A stretch of DNA of 57,414 nt, filler included, from Stramenopiles sp. TOSAG23-3 (GCA_900128585.1; 6 parts of 6 records of this genome joined end to end with filler, not necessarily neighbours in it), one strand, 5' to 3'; shown: positions 10,732 to 21,535, counted from the whole stretch's first letter. Numbers and translations are program-made. The notes: a model not told the origin generated them from the sequence alone.

Positions 10732-13017
10732 ATGGGTGGTGGCAGCTCGAAGAAGAAGGCTGCGGCGAAGAAGGCTGCGGCAGAAGAGGCCGCGGCAAAG
10801 AAGGCTGCTGTCGCCCCTAACAAAAAGGACAACGGAACGGTTCAAGAGGAACCCCAGAGTTCGAACGCGTCCACAGGAGAGGCAAAACAGCGGACCGAAA
10901 AGCGGGAAGTAAGTACACCAAAACCGTCGAAATCGAGAGGAAAGGATACTGGGCAAAGCACTGACGTGCACACAGATAAAGAGGCGGCAGACGCGATGGA
11001 CGAGCTTCACTCGCTTGAAAAGCGTGCGTCAGCCGGCCATGATGCCAGCTGGGAGAACCACATGGAAATTGCAGCTGACCCTCAAACACAGGCAGAAGCT
11101 GCAGTTAAAGTCCAGTCTTTAGTGAGGTGCTATCTTGCTCGCCGGTTTTTTGTCAATCTTATAAAATGGGAAAACAGAAAAAGATTAGAGCTCTATGCAG
11201 AAAGGAAAGCATCTCGGTGTTCTAGTTTTTACCATCATGTGTACCACGAAAAAATAAAGATGGAACGGGAGCGTGAGTCCAGTTCACAAGGCGTAAATTA
11301 CGTCAATTCAGACGAAGAAAACCTGTACTTCGAACCGAGGAGTAAAGCATTTAGGTGCGAAGAAGTAATTGACCGCTTCAAGAATGGGAAACGATTTTCG
11401 CTCGGGTTTGCGAACAAGGTGTTGCAAATGTTTATTGAACGTGCGCGGGCGTGGGAGACTATATCCGCCTTAGGCGCTAACTGTGACAACGATAGTACAT
11501 CGCTGGCTGTGGTGGCCGGTGATTTATTTGGTCATCTATACGACTTGTTTGAAATTTTATCCCAGAATGGGTTTCCGTCTGAAAACAAAGTGTACATATT
11601 CAACGGCAACATTATTAGCAATGGCCCGAATCAAACCGAGTGTTTTTTTTTAGTTATAGTCCTGATCTTGGCTTTTCCTGATCACGTGCGGTTTGTGCGC
11701 GGGAACCACGAGCACGCCGCGTTTGCCGTAGCCTTCGGTTTTACCAGATCGTGCGACGCCTACTTTCGCCCCTGGAATAAAACGAGCATGATTGGAGAAT
11801 TTTATGAACGGCTGGACAAGTGCTTCAGGCATTTGACCCTGGGGGTCCAGCTCTTTCGATCTGGGCTGGTAATACATGGAGGGGTTTGGCGAGACTCAAA
11901 AATCTCGCTGAAACACGTAAAGAACATTGACCGCTTCAATAACGAAAACGTTGGGGAACGCCACATGCATTTGGTTAATAATTTGCACAAAGTCGACTTG
12001 AAAAGCATCAGCGCCGATGATTGCAATAACGCTGTTGTCCAGGACATCTTGTGGGCGAACTTCTCCGTGCAGGCAGACGACAGTAATTTAGGCTTCAATG
12101 AGGGGCGCGGGATAAGTGTAACCTATGGCGTTCATCACGTCGAAGATATACTTGATAGAAACTCTCTGAACCTCCTTGTGTCGTCTGGCTCACCACAGAA
12201 CAGAGGTTACACCATTCTTGAAGACCGGCACAATGTCAACGAAGAAAATACGATCGTTAAAGTGTTTTCTGCTTCGAATTACTTTGGGTCAAATTCCAAT
12301 TTGGCGGCGTACCTGTTAATTGATGTGGAGGCTGCTGTCGTCCCCTGCAGCTTTGCAACCTCCCGTGGAAAGCGAGATACGCACTATGATTACGTGTCGA
12401 ATATGAAGAATACGGTGCGTGAAAATATTCTCGCGCTTGAAAAGGGCTTCCAAAAGGCAGACTACGATGGCGGTGGTTTTATCGATACTTTATCCTGGGC
12501 CTACATTATGACGGAGACAACTGGGCTTCAAATTCCCTGGCTGATAGACAGAAACGACATAATCAACTGGGACGAAATGGAATTGGACCTCACAACAACG
12601 GAGTCCAACGATGCTAGAGTTAACTACATCAAACTGCTCCGTGATTATGGCCTCGACGAAACTAAGGATGTGCGCCGGTTTGCGCAAGGAAAACTATTCA
12701 TGTACGCGCAGGTACTGCACACTTACTTTACGGAACTTATCCTTCCGCAAAAAGGCAAAAGCTCGTCAAGTTTCATCGAACAAGGCGAGTTCGTACAGGC
12801 ATGCCAAACCGTGGGCGCAATGGTCCATGACTTCAAGCTGTCGTCCGATCAATCCTTGGGGGGAAATATCTACAGCCTGTTGCTGGAAAAGTACAATTTG
12901 AAAAAATTTGGGGCTGACAGCTTGTTTCACATATCATCCGGAACATTTTGGAAAAAGCAGAAGAATGGAAAAAAGAAAACCAGCCTGTCGCGTCCAGGTA
13001 CCGGCACAAAACATTGA
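10732..13017 (+). CDS. PPEF/RdgC-like Ser/Thr phosphatase (myristoylation motif, IQ, PPP domain, EF-hand-like C-terminus); probable pseudophosphatase
   Basis: MGGGSSK N-terminus. IQ motif VKVQSLVRCYLARR. NGFPSENKVYIFNG, RGNHE, HGG, DILW, VFSASNY. EF loop DYDGGGFID. Catalytic motifs altered (GDLFG, GNIISNG, VSSGS). Confidence 0.85.
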   Translation: MGGGSSKKKAAAKKAAAEEAAAKKAAVAPNKKDNGTVQEEPQSSNASTGEAKQRTEKREVSTPKPSKSRGKDTGQSTDVHTDKEAADAMDELHSLEKRASAGHDASWENHMEIAADPQTQAEAAVKVQSLVRCYLARRFFVNLIKWENRKRLELYAERKASRCSSFYHHVYHEKIKMERERESSSQGVNYVNSDEENLYFEPRSKAFRCEEVIDRFKNGKRFSLGFANKVLQMFIERARAWETISALGANCDNDSTSLAVVAGDLFGHLYDLFEILSQNGFPSENKVYIFNGNIISNGPNQTECFFLVIVLILAFPDHVRFVRGNHEHAAFAVAFGFTRSCDAYFRPWNKTSMIGEFYERLDKCFRHLTLGVQLFRSGLVIHGGVWRDSKISLKHVKNIDRFNNENVGERHMHLVNNLHKVDLKSISADDCNNAVVQDILWANFSVQADDSNLGFNEGRGISVTYGVHHVEDILDRNSLNLLVSSGSPQNRGYTILEDRHNVNEENTIVKVFSASNYFGSNSNLAAYLLIDVEAAVVPCSFATSRGKRDTHYDYVSNMKNTVRENILALEKGFQKADYDGGGFIDTLSWAYIMTETTGLQIPWLIDRNDIINWDEMELDLTTTESNDARVNYIKLLRDYGLDETKDVRRFAQGKLFMYAQVLHTYFTELILPQKGKSSSSFIEQGEFVQACQTVGAMVHDFKLSSDQSLGGNIYSLLLEKYNLKKFGADSLFHISSGTFWKKQKNGKKKTSLSRPGTGTKH

Positions 13018-13493
13018 AACAAATGAAAACATGACGACCGATATCTATGGATTTTTAAAAAAATGAGCTTATTAACAACACACAGCACATAATACATTTA
13101 CCTATAAAAATCATATTGTAAATACAATATTAAGTAACAAAATAAAAGGTGAGGATTGAGGAGGAAGTTCTGTTTTAGAATCGTTAACATATGTATAAAG
13201 AAAGGGGAAAGAAGAAAGAAGACAGAAGAAGAAGAAAGAAAGACAGGGGGTCCTGTGTGAGTGAGTGAACGAATCAAACGAGGGAAACAATTTAAAAATG
13301 AATTCTGTATTACATATAATATGTACGATTCAAAACATTTTATTGTAGGTAGAGGCATTCATTCGTGTGATTTGGGTTCTGGGTGCTTTTTCTTTTTTGT
13401 TGGGAAATTTTGGGTTTTGTGGGATTTCGTTTTCATTCGATCACATATAGGGGAGACAGAAAGAGTTCTGCCAGATTGAGGCTCTTCCTTCAA

Positions 13494-15731
13494 ATGAAGG
13501 TCTGCGGTCAATTAGTAAAACCATCGCGGTTGGCTACGGGCCAGATTCTTCTGGTATTTTTGACATTTTGTGTTGCGCTTCAACGGCCCTTTCGGCCTCA
13601 CCATGGCGTCCTGACCAAGACGATGATGTGCCTGAAGTGCGACGTAGCGGTAGACTTGCAGAAACAAAAAGAAATGAACGCAATTATGCAGAAACGAAGA
13701 AAGAAGAAAATGGCCCCAATATTGAGAGAGAAAAAATTAAAGAGCATAATTCTGGCAGCAAAAGAGGCAAAACTAAAGAAAGATACCAACCTTCCAGACA
13801 TTGGGCTCGGCAACAGCATTGCGAGAGGGGCCGCCGCGATGGCAAAGGACCTAGCGCTGATCAAGTGCACCAAGTTGCCACTGTTGGCGCGCCAATTATG
13901 CCTTACAAAAACCCAAGAAGAAATGGGGCCCAAGAAGCCTAGTGCTGGAATTGTAAATTTGAATCGGCCAAAGTTAGACTCCGGGCGTCCTACTGCCACA
14001 ATAAAAGTGCAGGTACCGAAAACATTCAGTTTGCCGAAAGTGAAGGAGGGAATCCTAACATTTGAGGACCCCAAAGTGACCCGCAAAAAGAAGGAAATGG
14101 AACTGAAGTCATTGAAGGGGAAAAAGGGGGCGAAAGGTGGGATAAACATCAACGTTGGTGGGAATCTTCCGGACCCTTCCATTCCAAAGAACATCGACAT
14201 TCCTAACCTAGGAAAGGTCCCAAGCGGGAAAACGGCCATCAATACCCTGCCCGGGTCCCTTAATTCGAAAGCTGTCCGAGGGCAGGCACCAAAATCCGCA
14301 ACCTCGCTAACAAATACATTGGCTGGGGCGATGGGAAGTGCCGCAAGCAAGAAAAGCATGACGGGGAAAATGACATATCCTGCACAGTCTGGAGTATTAA
14401 ATAAATGGGCAAATAGTGTCGCTGATAAGGCTGTCTTTGGTGCCTCTGCTAAAAGTGGGCGGGAAAGCGACAGCAAGAGTAAAACCCCCAACCAAGATTT
14501 GGTAAAAGCGGTTGAGCAAAGCTTAGAAGTTAAGGCAGCGAAAGGTCTGTTGCGAAAACGCCTTCCAAAACCAGGAAGTGATGGTCCTGTTGTCGCGCCC
14601 CCCCTTGTCAAAGTACCCAAGAAAAAGAATGTAGAAGCTGAAGAAAAACAATTGAAATTAGCAAAACAAAAGAAAGTGAAACAGCTAAATGCTCCCCCAA
14701 TTATGAAAGGAGAAAATCCCTACAAAGACTTGCAGCCCCCCGAGGTTAGTGCTTCTGGACCCTCTGGTCCGCCGGGGGCATCCGGGCCACCGGAAAACAC
14801 CTACGCAAAAGGCTCTCCAAAAAGTTCCATCAGTGTAGGAAAGCCACCTTCTCCAAAGGCTCGGGAAGCACCCAAAAAGGCTGCTGCTAGTCGTCATGCA
14901 GAAAAAAATCCTGCAAAGGAGATTGAGCAGAAAAAGGAAGTTGCCAAAGACGATTGTACACCGGGTATGTCTTTGCCTCGAAGCGATTACGACCCTTCAC
15001 AGGTCGAAGTGGAACCGAGTGTACCAAAGTGCTCAAAGCCTTGCACAAAGACTGATCCGGAATCTGTCAAACTCTGTGCGTTGAAAAAAGCTAAAAAGCG
15101 CAAGGAGATGTCGCTGCAGCAGGCCGAGCAGGCCGCTGAAGCTGGTGATATTTCTGCCACAAAAGACGCCATGCTGAATGCAGAAAAGAGTAAGTTTGAC
15201 AAAAATGTGTTTTCCAAATCGCAGCCAGTGCAGAAAAGTGCAGCGCTGGATGGTGACTTGGAAGAAGCCCCTCTTGTTATGCCCAAACCAAAAGAAAGCA
15301 AGGTCGGTAAAGTCATTGATGGTACGCCGTGGGATAAGGGAGGAAAGCCAAAATTTGTTAAGGGTCCATCCGTCTGGAGCGCCCAGGGATTAAATTTTTT
15401 AGAGATAAAGGAAGATCCCTTGCCAGATACGGAAGAAGTAAATAGACTCCTTAACCCAAAAAAATTGCTTGGGACAAAGCTTGACCCTAATTTACCGGAC
15501 AATTTGGGGAAAAAAGATGCTAGGATTTCAAATGATAGCCCCGGGACACCAAACTCTGAAGCCGAGAGTTCCCCAGAAGTTAAACATATGGCTTCCATGA
15601 CCATCTGCATCAATGAAGGCTCTATGAGCTTGATAAAAGAATTATTTAAGCAGGTTACAGGGCCCGATGTCAAGATTAGTTGTCAGCCTGCACGGTCGAA
15701 TCGAATGTGGAGAGACCCTGCCGATCCCTGA
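13494..15731 (+). CDS. Hypothetical Lys/Pro-rich, probably secreted protein (~745 aa)
   Basis: Long uninterrupted ORF with coding-like composition. Hydrophobic segment ILLVFLTFCVA shortly after the ATG at 13494. Low-complexity K/P/A/S body. No family recognised. Confidence 0.75.
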   Translation: MKVCGQLVKPSRLATGQILLVFLTFCVALQRPFRPHHGVLTKTMMCLKCDVAVDLQKQKEMNAIMQKRRKKKMAPILREKKLKSIILAAKEAKLKKDTNLPDIGLGNSIARGAAAMAKDLALIKCTKLPLLARQLCLTKTQEEMGPKKPSAGIVNLNRPKLDSGRPTATIKVQVPKTFSLPKVKEGILTFEDPKVTRKKKEMELKSLKGKKGAKGGININVGGNLPDPSIPKNIDIPNLGKVPSGKTAINTLPGSLNSKAVRGQAPKSATSLTNTLAGAMGSAASKKSMTGKMTYPAQSGVLNKWANSVADKAVFGASAKSGRESDSKSKTPNQDLVKAVEQSLEVKAAKGLLRKRLPKPGSDGPVVAPPLVKVPKKKNVEAEEKQLKLAKQKKVKQLNAPPIMKGENPYKDLQPPEVSASGPSGPPGASGPPENTYAKGSPKSSISVGKPPSPKAREAPKKAAASRHAEKNPAKEIEQKKEVAKDDCTPGMSLPRSDYDPSQVEVEPSVPKCSKPCTKTDPESVKLCALKKAKKRKEMSLQQAEQAAEAGDISATKDAMLNAEKSKFDKNVFSKSQPVQKSAALDGDLEEAPLVMPKPKESKVGKVIDGTPWDKGGKPKFVKGPSVWSAQGLNFLEIKEDPLPDTEEVNRLLNPKKLLGTKLDPNLPDNLGKKDARISNDSPGTPNSEAESSPEVKHMASMTICINEGSMSLIKELFKQVTGPDVKISCQPARSNRMWRDPADP

Positions 15732-15924
15732 AGGACAAGGTAAATATAATAATGCGTGCCACCAAGAATTTCCTGAGGTAAACGGCTGTAAAATCGTCAA
15801 TTTTTAGTTTCTGCTTCTAATCTTTGGCATGGATGTTAGTCTAGGGAGCATTAATCGTAGACAGAGTTTTAAAAAATATGCATTTTTATTTTTTACATAT
15901 CGATACAATATGGCAAAAAATCCT

Positions 15925-16290
15925 CTATTCTGGGTTTTCACGATTTTGCACGAGTTCTACATCCAATTCTTTCCATGGGACGCTGTTAAATGCATCTAAA
16001 TCCGTTTCTTTATTGAATTCAAACACACGTCGGTGCGATTTATAATTCTTTCGTACCTTATGAATGATACCAGTTGATACTTCCTTGTGGTACAGGCGTA
16101 TTAAGTCACGACACTTTGCAGCGTATTTCCAGACCAAGGTAAGTGGTAAATTCAGCGGATCAAATGATGACCAAATCAAACCTGGAGGTTGACCACCGGG
16201 ACCACCAACAAGAGCACGCAGACTTCCTTTGTCTGCGTGCTCTACCCTCCGCACATAAAATTTACTACGCCCCCATATCAATTCAATCAA
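15925..16290 (-). CDS. Possible short hypothetical ORF or gene remnant
   Basis: 121-aa open frame with globular-looking composition but no ATG start. Confidence 0.25.
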   Translation of the reverse strand: MIELIWGRSKFYVRRVEHADKGSLRALVGGPGGQPPGLIWSSFDPLNLPLTLVWKYAAKCRDLIRLYHKEVSTGIIHKVRKNYKSHRRVFEFNKETDLDAFNSVPWKELDVELVQNRENPE

Positions 16291-16404
16291 TCGGCGGTTT
16301 CTTCAGCGGGGGCGGCGGAGGGCTCTTCTTGTGGGGCGGCGGCGGTTTCTTCAGCCATTTTGACCGTGGATACTTCATGTCCTTGCAACGCACGCTGCCG
16401 GAAT

Positions 16405-16824
16405 TCAGCGGCGTGATTCCGAGCGCCGCAGCAGCTCGTGCTCCAGGTCCGACAAAATCTGCTCCGGAATATCGGGACGCTGGGTGCGGTCCGCTAGTGC
16501 AACCGTTAGATGATGGTCGAGCTCCTGCAGATGCTCATGCACCACTTCCGGAGCTTCCATAAGAGCACGCAGCGACATCTGCACGTTGTCGCGGGCCAAG
16601 CCCGGCTCGACGTAGCGCCTGTTCAGTCTCGACAGCACTCGATACACTTGTGGGATGCCCTCCCTCTGCACGTGTCTGATGACCAAAAACTTGGCTGCGT
16701 AGTAAGGGGCCCACTTGGCTGCGACCGTTCCGGCACGCTTCGCCAAGTGCCCAGCCGCCCCGGTGCGCAACACGATCCTTTTCAGCGCCGGGAGGATGGC
16801 ACCCAGCAGCGCCGGGGGTGGCAT
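16405..16824 (-). CDS. Hypothetical protein, 139 aa (possibly frameshift-truncated)
   Basis: ATG-initiated GC-rich ORF after an AT-rich upstream region; basic, amphipathic N-terminus. A shifted frame continues with protein-like sequence to a stop at 16287. Confidence 0.55.
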   Translation of the reverse strand: MPPPALLGAILPALKRIVLRTGAAGHLAKRAGTVAAKWAPYYAAKFLVIRHVQREGIPQVYRVLSRLNRRYVEPGLARDNVQMSLRALMEAPEVVHEHLQELDHHLTVALADRTQRPDIPEQILSDLEHELLRRSESRR

Positions 16825-17118
16825 ATATGTGTGAGTGCTAGGGGGCTAGCGCCTCGGCGAACACTAGCAACCCTTCTTCACACAATCTTAATTTCTCCAC
16901 TTGACAATTTATACATCAATTTCTTTCAATGGAACATACGCGAAAGGTCGAAAAAACAAAAAAAAATGTTTTTTCATCTAATTTTTGTAGTAACACACTT
17001 TTGGAGATACGTCCATTTCCGAGGTCGAAGTGGAGCTCAAGAAAATTTATATTTTAGGAGGAAGGGAGATAGAGCCGTAAATTTGCTACTCGATTTTTTG
17101 ACATGAAAAACAGGGATT

Positions 17119-17218
17119 NNNNNNNNNNNNNNNNNNNNNNNNNNNNNNNNNNNNNNNNNNNNTTAATTAATTAANNNNNNNNNNNNNNNNNNNNNNNNNN
17201 NNNNNNNNNNNNNNNNNN
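17119..17218. other. Artificial contig spacer
   Basis: 44 N + TTAATTAATTAA (stops in all six frames) + 44 N. Confidence 0.99.
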
Positions 17219-17380
17219 AATTAGACGTGTACATATTTCCTGACATGTGTTTAAAAAAGCATAAATTTTTATCTATACGCAGGTCTTTAAAAACAAAATA
17301 ATGGCTGCTATTTAAGTACAGCGTACGCGTCTTTAAGTAAAAAGAATTTGACGCGTACATATTTCCTGCCATGTTTGCGT
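17219..17380. repeat. Imperfect direct repeat (~126-bp period) at contig start, enclosing a copy of the dispersed element
   Basis: AATTAGACGTGTACATATTTCCTGACATGT (17219) vs AATTTGACGCGTACATATTTCCTGCCATGT (17345). Between them lies AAAAACAAAATAATGGCTGCTATTTAAGTA. Confidence 0.7.
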
Positions 17381-17456
17381 TCTAGGGGGTATATTATAAA
17401 CGTACGTGCGAATAAGAATGATCCAGAGTACCGATCCATTTAGCAGAGACGTGTTC

Positions 17457-18002
17457 TCATACTTCTATTGCGTCCTCGGTTTCTTCTTCCTCACTGCTCT
17501 CTTCTTCCTCACTGCTCTCTTCTTCCTCGCTGCCCTCTTCTTCCTCGCTGCCCTCTTCTTCTTTGCTGCTTCCCCCTTCCACCTTCACGCGTTCGCCGCC
17601 CTTCTTGCCTCCTTTCCTCCCCCGCTTTAATGGCTTCAATTCAGTATTACCAGTGTCGGCCTTACTTTTCAAAAATGCGTCCGTATCTAACCACTTCAAG
17701 TCCTTGCGCAAAGCACAAAATTCACGAACACTTTCAACGTCTGTCCGCACCCACCACGAAGAAAAGTTGGCATAGCCAGGACGAATAATATTTTCTCTAA
17801 CCGCCTCAGCTGCTTCATCTGCACCTGTCCCAGAGGGACGAATTGCCAGGTAAGTCGCTTTCCCCTTACTATTTGTTTTCAAAATTTTTAACCTAACCTT
17901 CAGTTTCTTTCGCCGCCGCACAGGCGCCCTCCGGGCTTTCGCAACAACCCGTTTCCGAACCCCACGCTTCCCACCCCTCTTTGCTCCCCTCTTCGCGGGC
18001 AT
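17457..18002 (-). CDS. Hypothetical protein, 181 aa, with very basic N-terminus and acidic SEEEE[GS] repeat tail
   Basis: ATG at 18002 (MPAKRGAKRGGKRG...). The tail is encoded by an 18-bp tandem repeat at ~17481-17570. Confidence 0.65.
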   Translation of the reverse strand: MPAKRGAKRGGKRGVRKRVVAKARRAPVRRRKKLKVRLKILKTNSKGKATYLAIRPSGTGADEAAEAVRENIIRPGYANFSSWWVRTDVESVREFCALRKDLKWLDTDAFLKSKADTGNTELKPLKRGRKGGKKGGERVKVEGGSSKEEEGSEEEEGSEEEESSEEEESSEEEETEDAIEV

Positions 18003-18699
18003 TCGAAAGCTAACAGAAACGAAATTTCTATATACGTTGTCTTTTCCCAAAACTGTATTTCTCAGCACACAATGCAGCAGTTATACGTTTGGGTGGACGT
18101 TCAACAATCTTAAAAATCAAAATAGTAATTAATATTGAATCGTCTCAACTTCTGATTTAGACATAGAAAGTATTATTTACTGCATGCCATGAACAACCAC
18201 CGTCGTGTTTTGTCATTCTTCTTTTTTATTTCTCTTGCTTCTTTTTTCTTCTTTTTTTCTATACTTCGGCCACCACACAGCCCACAGCCCACAGCCCACA
18301 GCAGCAGCAGCAGCAGCAGGTATAATAAAAGTACGTATAATAATACGCGTACCCCCCTCTATCTATCCCATCATCTTAGCCCCAAGTCCGCCAGCCAGAG
18401 GGAGGCCTCCTTGCTATTCGTATTTATATTATATATTAATATTATTACTCCCGCCGAACCATCGCATCGATCCACCTGCGCTTCCTTCTCTCTGCTGTGA
18501 GAGTGTGATGAATAAATATTTAAATTATGAGGAAAGATAACAGACACAGATTTCAGGTTTGAGATTGGACGGACTTTTTATTAAAAAAATGTTAATAATT
18601 AATTATTATAAAAAATATACCAGTAACCAGTACAACCGGTAGTACACTATAAATTTAATCCGAAGTTTACTACTACGATTTATATATATTACCAAACCA

Positions 18700-20514
18700 T
18701 CATTCAGTTTTCTTTTTTTTGGAAAGGTTTTCCTCGTCCGCCGCCGTCGTCGTCGTAATCATCTCTTTCTCCTCGTTGGCGTCTTTCCCCCTAGTTTTCT
18801 CGCTCGCTTTCTCTTGCTCGCCGGTCAGCCCGTATTCATTAGCCCTAGTCAAATCAACGGAGTAAATCCATTTCTGGTATAAAAAGATGAAAAATACAAT
18901 GTCATCTCGTAAGCATGCAAGGCGGTGCAAGGTAGGCATTTTGATTATGAATGCAAACAAATCGTCGATAAACGTGCCCAAGGATTTGTACACCATTTTT
19001 CGCCAGGGCAAATGGGCGACGGACTTAAGCTTGTAGTTGATGAAAAGCTGTGGGGTCATAAGAATGAACCCAAACGCGTATATAAAACCGACTGCAGTCG
19101 TCAGAATCCACGAGTAGAACCCCTTGTGTTCGTTGTAGAGGAGCGAATAAATTGCGTATGCAATCAAAAGTGGGTACATGACGGGCATCAAGTACGCCAT
19201 CGCAAGATCGTCGTATTCTTTTGTGTCGGATTCTACGTAGCTTTCGTGGTCCTTCACAGTTATCGACGGAAAGATGGCTCCTTCGGGGTAAAGCACATCG
19301 AATTTTAATATTTTTGAAACTTTCCAAAATTGAATCAACAGGCCTATCGAGTTGCTTACCAATATCATTCGAGATGTGTCGTTGTCCAACAAGTACAACA
19401 AAATTATGCAGTGAAAAATGGTGTTTGTAACTATAGACTTTGTCGAGAGCCCCTTGAGGGATTGTTTGTTTCGCCAAAACGAAATGTCATTCTTAAACGC
19501 CAAACAGTCAAATATGGTGTGAAGAAAAGTCACGATCCCGGTCACTGCTAGCAAGTAGGGGTTTGTTTCCTGCAGCATCCGTTTGATTTCGTCTTGCTGG
19601 CTAAGGCTCTGGGTCCCCCACCGCCGTTGCTTCTCCCAAGATCGCTCCATGTTCGCCTGCATTGACCACTTCATGAATCCTATGCCACTGTACGACGCTT
19701 TGAGCGAAACCTCTGGCAAACTTTTGTTCAAAGCTACAAAATTCGTGGATACCAACCAAAATTCGTTCGCGTATACTGGTGGGTAAAACTTGTTTGCGCT
19801 ATGAAAGGCAAGCCCGATGTCCTTAAATTGTTGGGGCATGGTACGCTGGTCGTGGTCGGGAATGTCCAGAACGAGGTGAAGGGTCAACTCGGGCTTCCAG
19901 TAACGCACTACGCTGAATGATGCACTATCTCCTGCCTGGTCCCCTTCTGCCAAATCACGTTTGCCGGCAGGGATTTTCTTCTCCAAATCCAAATCTACTT
20001 TCTCGTCGCCGTCAAGGTCGTCCTCTTTCGAAGAAACCCCCGTCAACAGATTCCGCGTCTTGGGCCGCTCTTTCTCCAAAACAAACTCTGTCAGCTCGTG
20101 GCGACGGTACAACGTCAGCTCGTCGTACGTTGGGTTGCTGGGGTCGGGGTGTTGTCCCTCCGCAGAAAAAAATGAATGTGAAAAAATGGATACGTTGCTC
20201 TGAAAATCTGGAAAGTCGGCAAAAGACACGTTTATCGTTTTTTCTTTCAGGTTCAATTCGTCCCAGTCATATTTCAGTCCACGCTCGTACCAAACTAGAG
20301 CCTTCTTATTATAAAAGTCTTTGAAATCGAACTCTTTCGATAAATAAATACGCATCTCAAAAGGCCGACTAGGTTCCCATACATTGTTGCCTCCAGGCAA
20401 GGCTGCAACGGTTTCCAAAAGCAATATTTGGAAACAAACAATGAGCAATACGAACGCCAAAGATACACCTGTGAATGAAAAAATGGAAAAAGAAGCGTGC
20501 CTGGAAAAAGGCAT
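18700..20514 (-). CDS. CLPTM1: CLPTM1-family membrane protein (lipid scramblase family)
   Basis: KRMLQETNPYLL, FDCLAFKNDISFW, FILMTPQLFINYKLKSVAHLPW, TFIDDLFAFIIKMPTLHRLACLRDD, YQKWIYSVD...NEYG. Confidence 0.95.
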   Translation of the reverse strand: MPFSRHASFSIFSFTGVSLAFVLLIVCFQILLLETVAALPGGNNVWEPSRPFEMRIYLSKEFDFKDFYNKKALVWYERGLKYDWDELNLKEKTINVSFADFPDFQSNVSIFSHSFFSAEGQHPDPSNPTYDELTLYRRHELTEFVLEKERPKTRNLLTGVSSKEDDLDGDEKVDLDLEKKIPAGKRDLAEGDQAGDSASFSVVRYWKPELTLHLVLDIPDHDQRTMPQQFKDIGLAFHSANKFYPPVYANEFWLVSTNFVALNKSLPEVSLKASYSGIGFMKWSMQANMERSWEKQRRWGTQSLSQQDEIKRMLQETNPYLLAVTGIVTFLHTIFDCLAFKNDISFWRNKQSLKGLSTKSIVTNTIFHCIILLYLLDNDTSRMILVSNSIGLLIQFWKVSKILKFDVLYPEGAIFPSITVKDHESYVESDTKEYDDLAMAYLMPVMYPLLIAYAIYSLLYNEHKGFYSWILTTAVGFIYAFGFILMTPQLFINYKLKSVAHLPWRKMVYKSLGTFIDDLFAFIIKMPTLHRLACLRDDIVFFIFLYQKWIYSVDLTRANEYGLTGEQEKASEKTRGKDANEEKEMITTTTAADEENLSKKKKTE

Positions 20515-21535
20515 CGTCTTTCGTGGGTGGGTGAGCAGAGCAAAAATCGTTTCCGAGCGAACTCTTTGCAGTCGGAGTCGCAGTACAAAGAATTCTCTTT
20601 TTTTTTTGTTAATTCTTTCTTCAAACTATCAATGTAGTACTTCTTTCTCCTTTGCCCAATATTCGCTTAATCAATGGAAAGAAGGAAAGAATCCCATAAA
20701 AGAAATAAACATGTAAGAGTTAGTAACTCCAAACAGCTTGAATTGAGAATTGAGACTTGTTGTTTTTTTGCAATAATAATAATATAAAAAAAAGAAGAAG
20801 ATGGATGGAGATGATGGAGATGGTAGGTGTGTGGTGGTGTGGTGGGGTGGTTGGTTGAAAAAGAGGTATTATTTACTATTCTACCTAGAAGATGAAGAAG
20901 AGAGAGGATGAGACTATGCACATCTGAAAGTTTAACTATGAACAGGACAGGACAGGACTACTTGTTGTATGTAGTCTAAGAAGTAAATGATGAATTATAT
21001 TTGAATGTGTTTGGTTGTCCTTACTATTTAGAGTCTAATTTGTATTTTCAAAAGAAACTATATATTATATTTGTATACTAAATATTATAAATTTCCTATT
21101 AATATTATAGTATTCTATTTTGATTTTTGATTTTGTTGGTAGAAGACGACTTTTAAACACACCACACAACAACTGCTGCAACAACAAACAGAGAGGTGAG
21201 TTCTTCAGAAGAAGAAGAAATTATAATATTTATTGGAAAGAATATATATATGGATGGTGTTTTTCTAAAAAAAGTAGAGACTAAAAGAGAACTAACTATG
21301 TAAAGTCTATGCATGCATTAACAAAGAATTGAGTTTTGAAATGTAATAGAATTATATACCCCTGAAAAAAATATTCAAGTACATGGTCCTGTTTTAAACC
21401 ATTTAATATTCCCGGTTTTTTTAAAACTGAAGCTGCCGTTGATTATGTTTATCACGTGTAAGTAGTGAAAATAGAGGTGGAGAACGAACGACTCTAACGT
21501 GTTCGCTGGGGCACACCAATTTGGAAACTGGGGGT

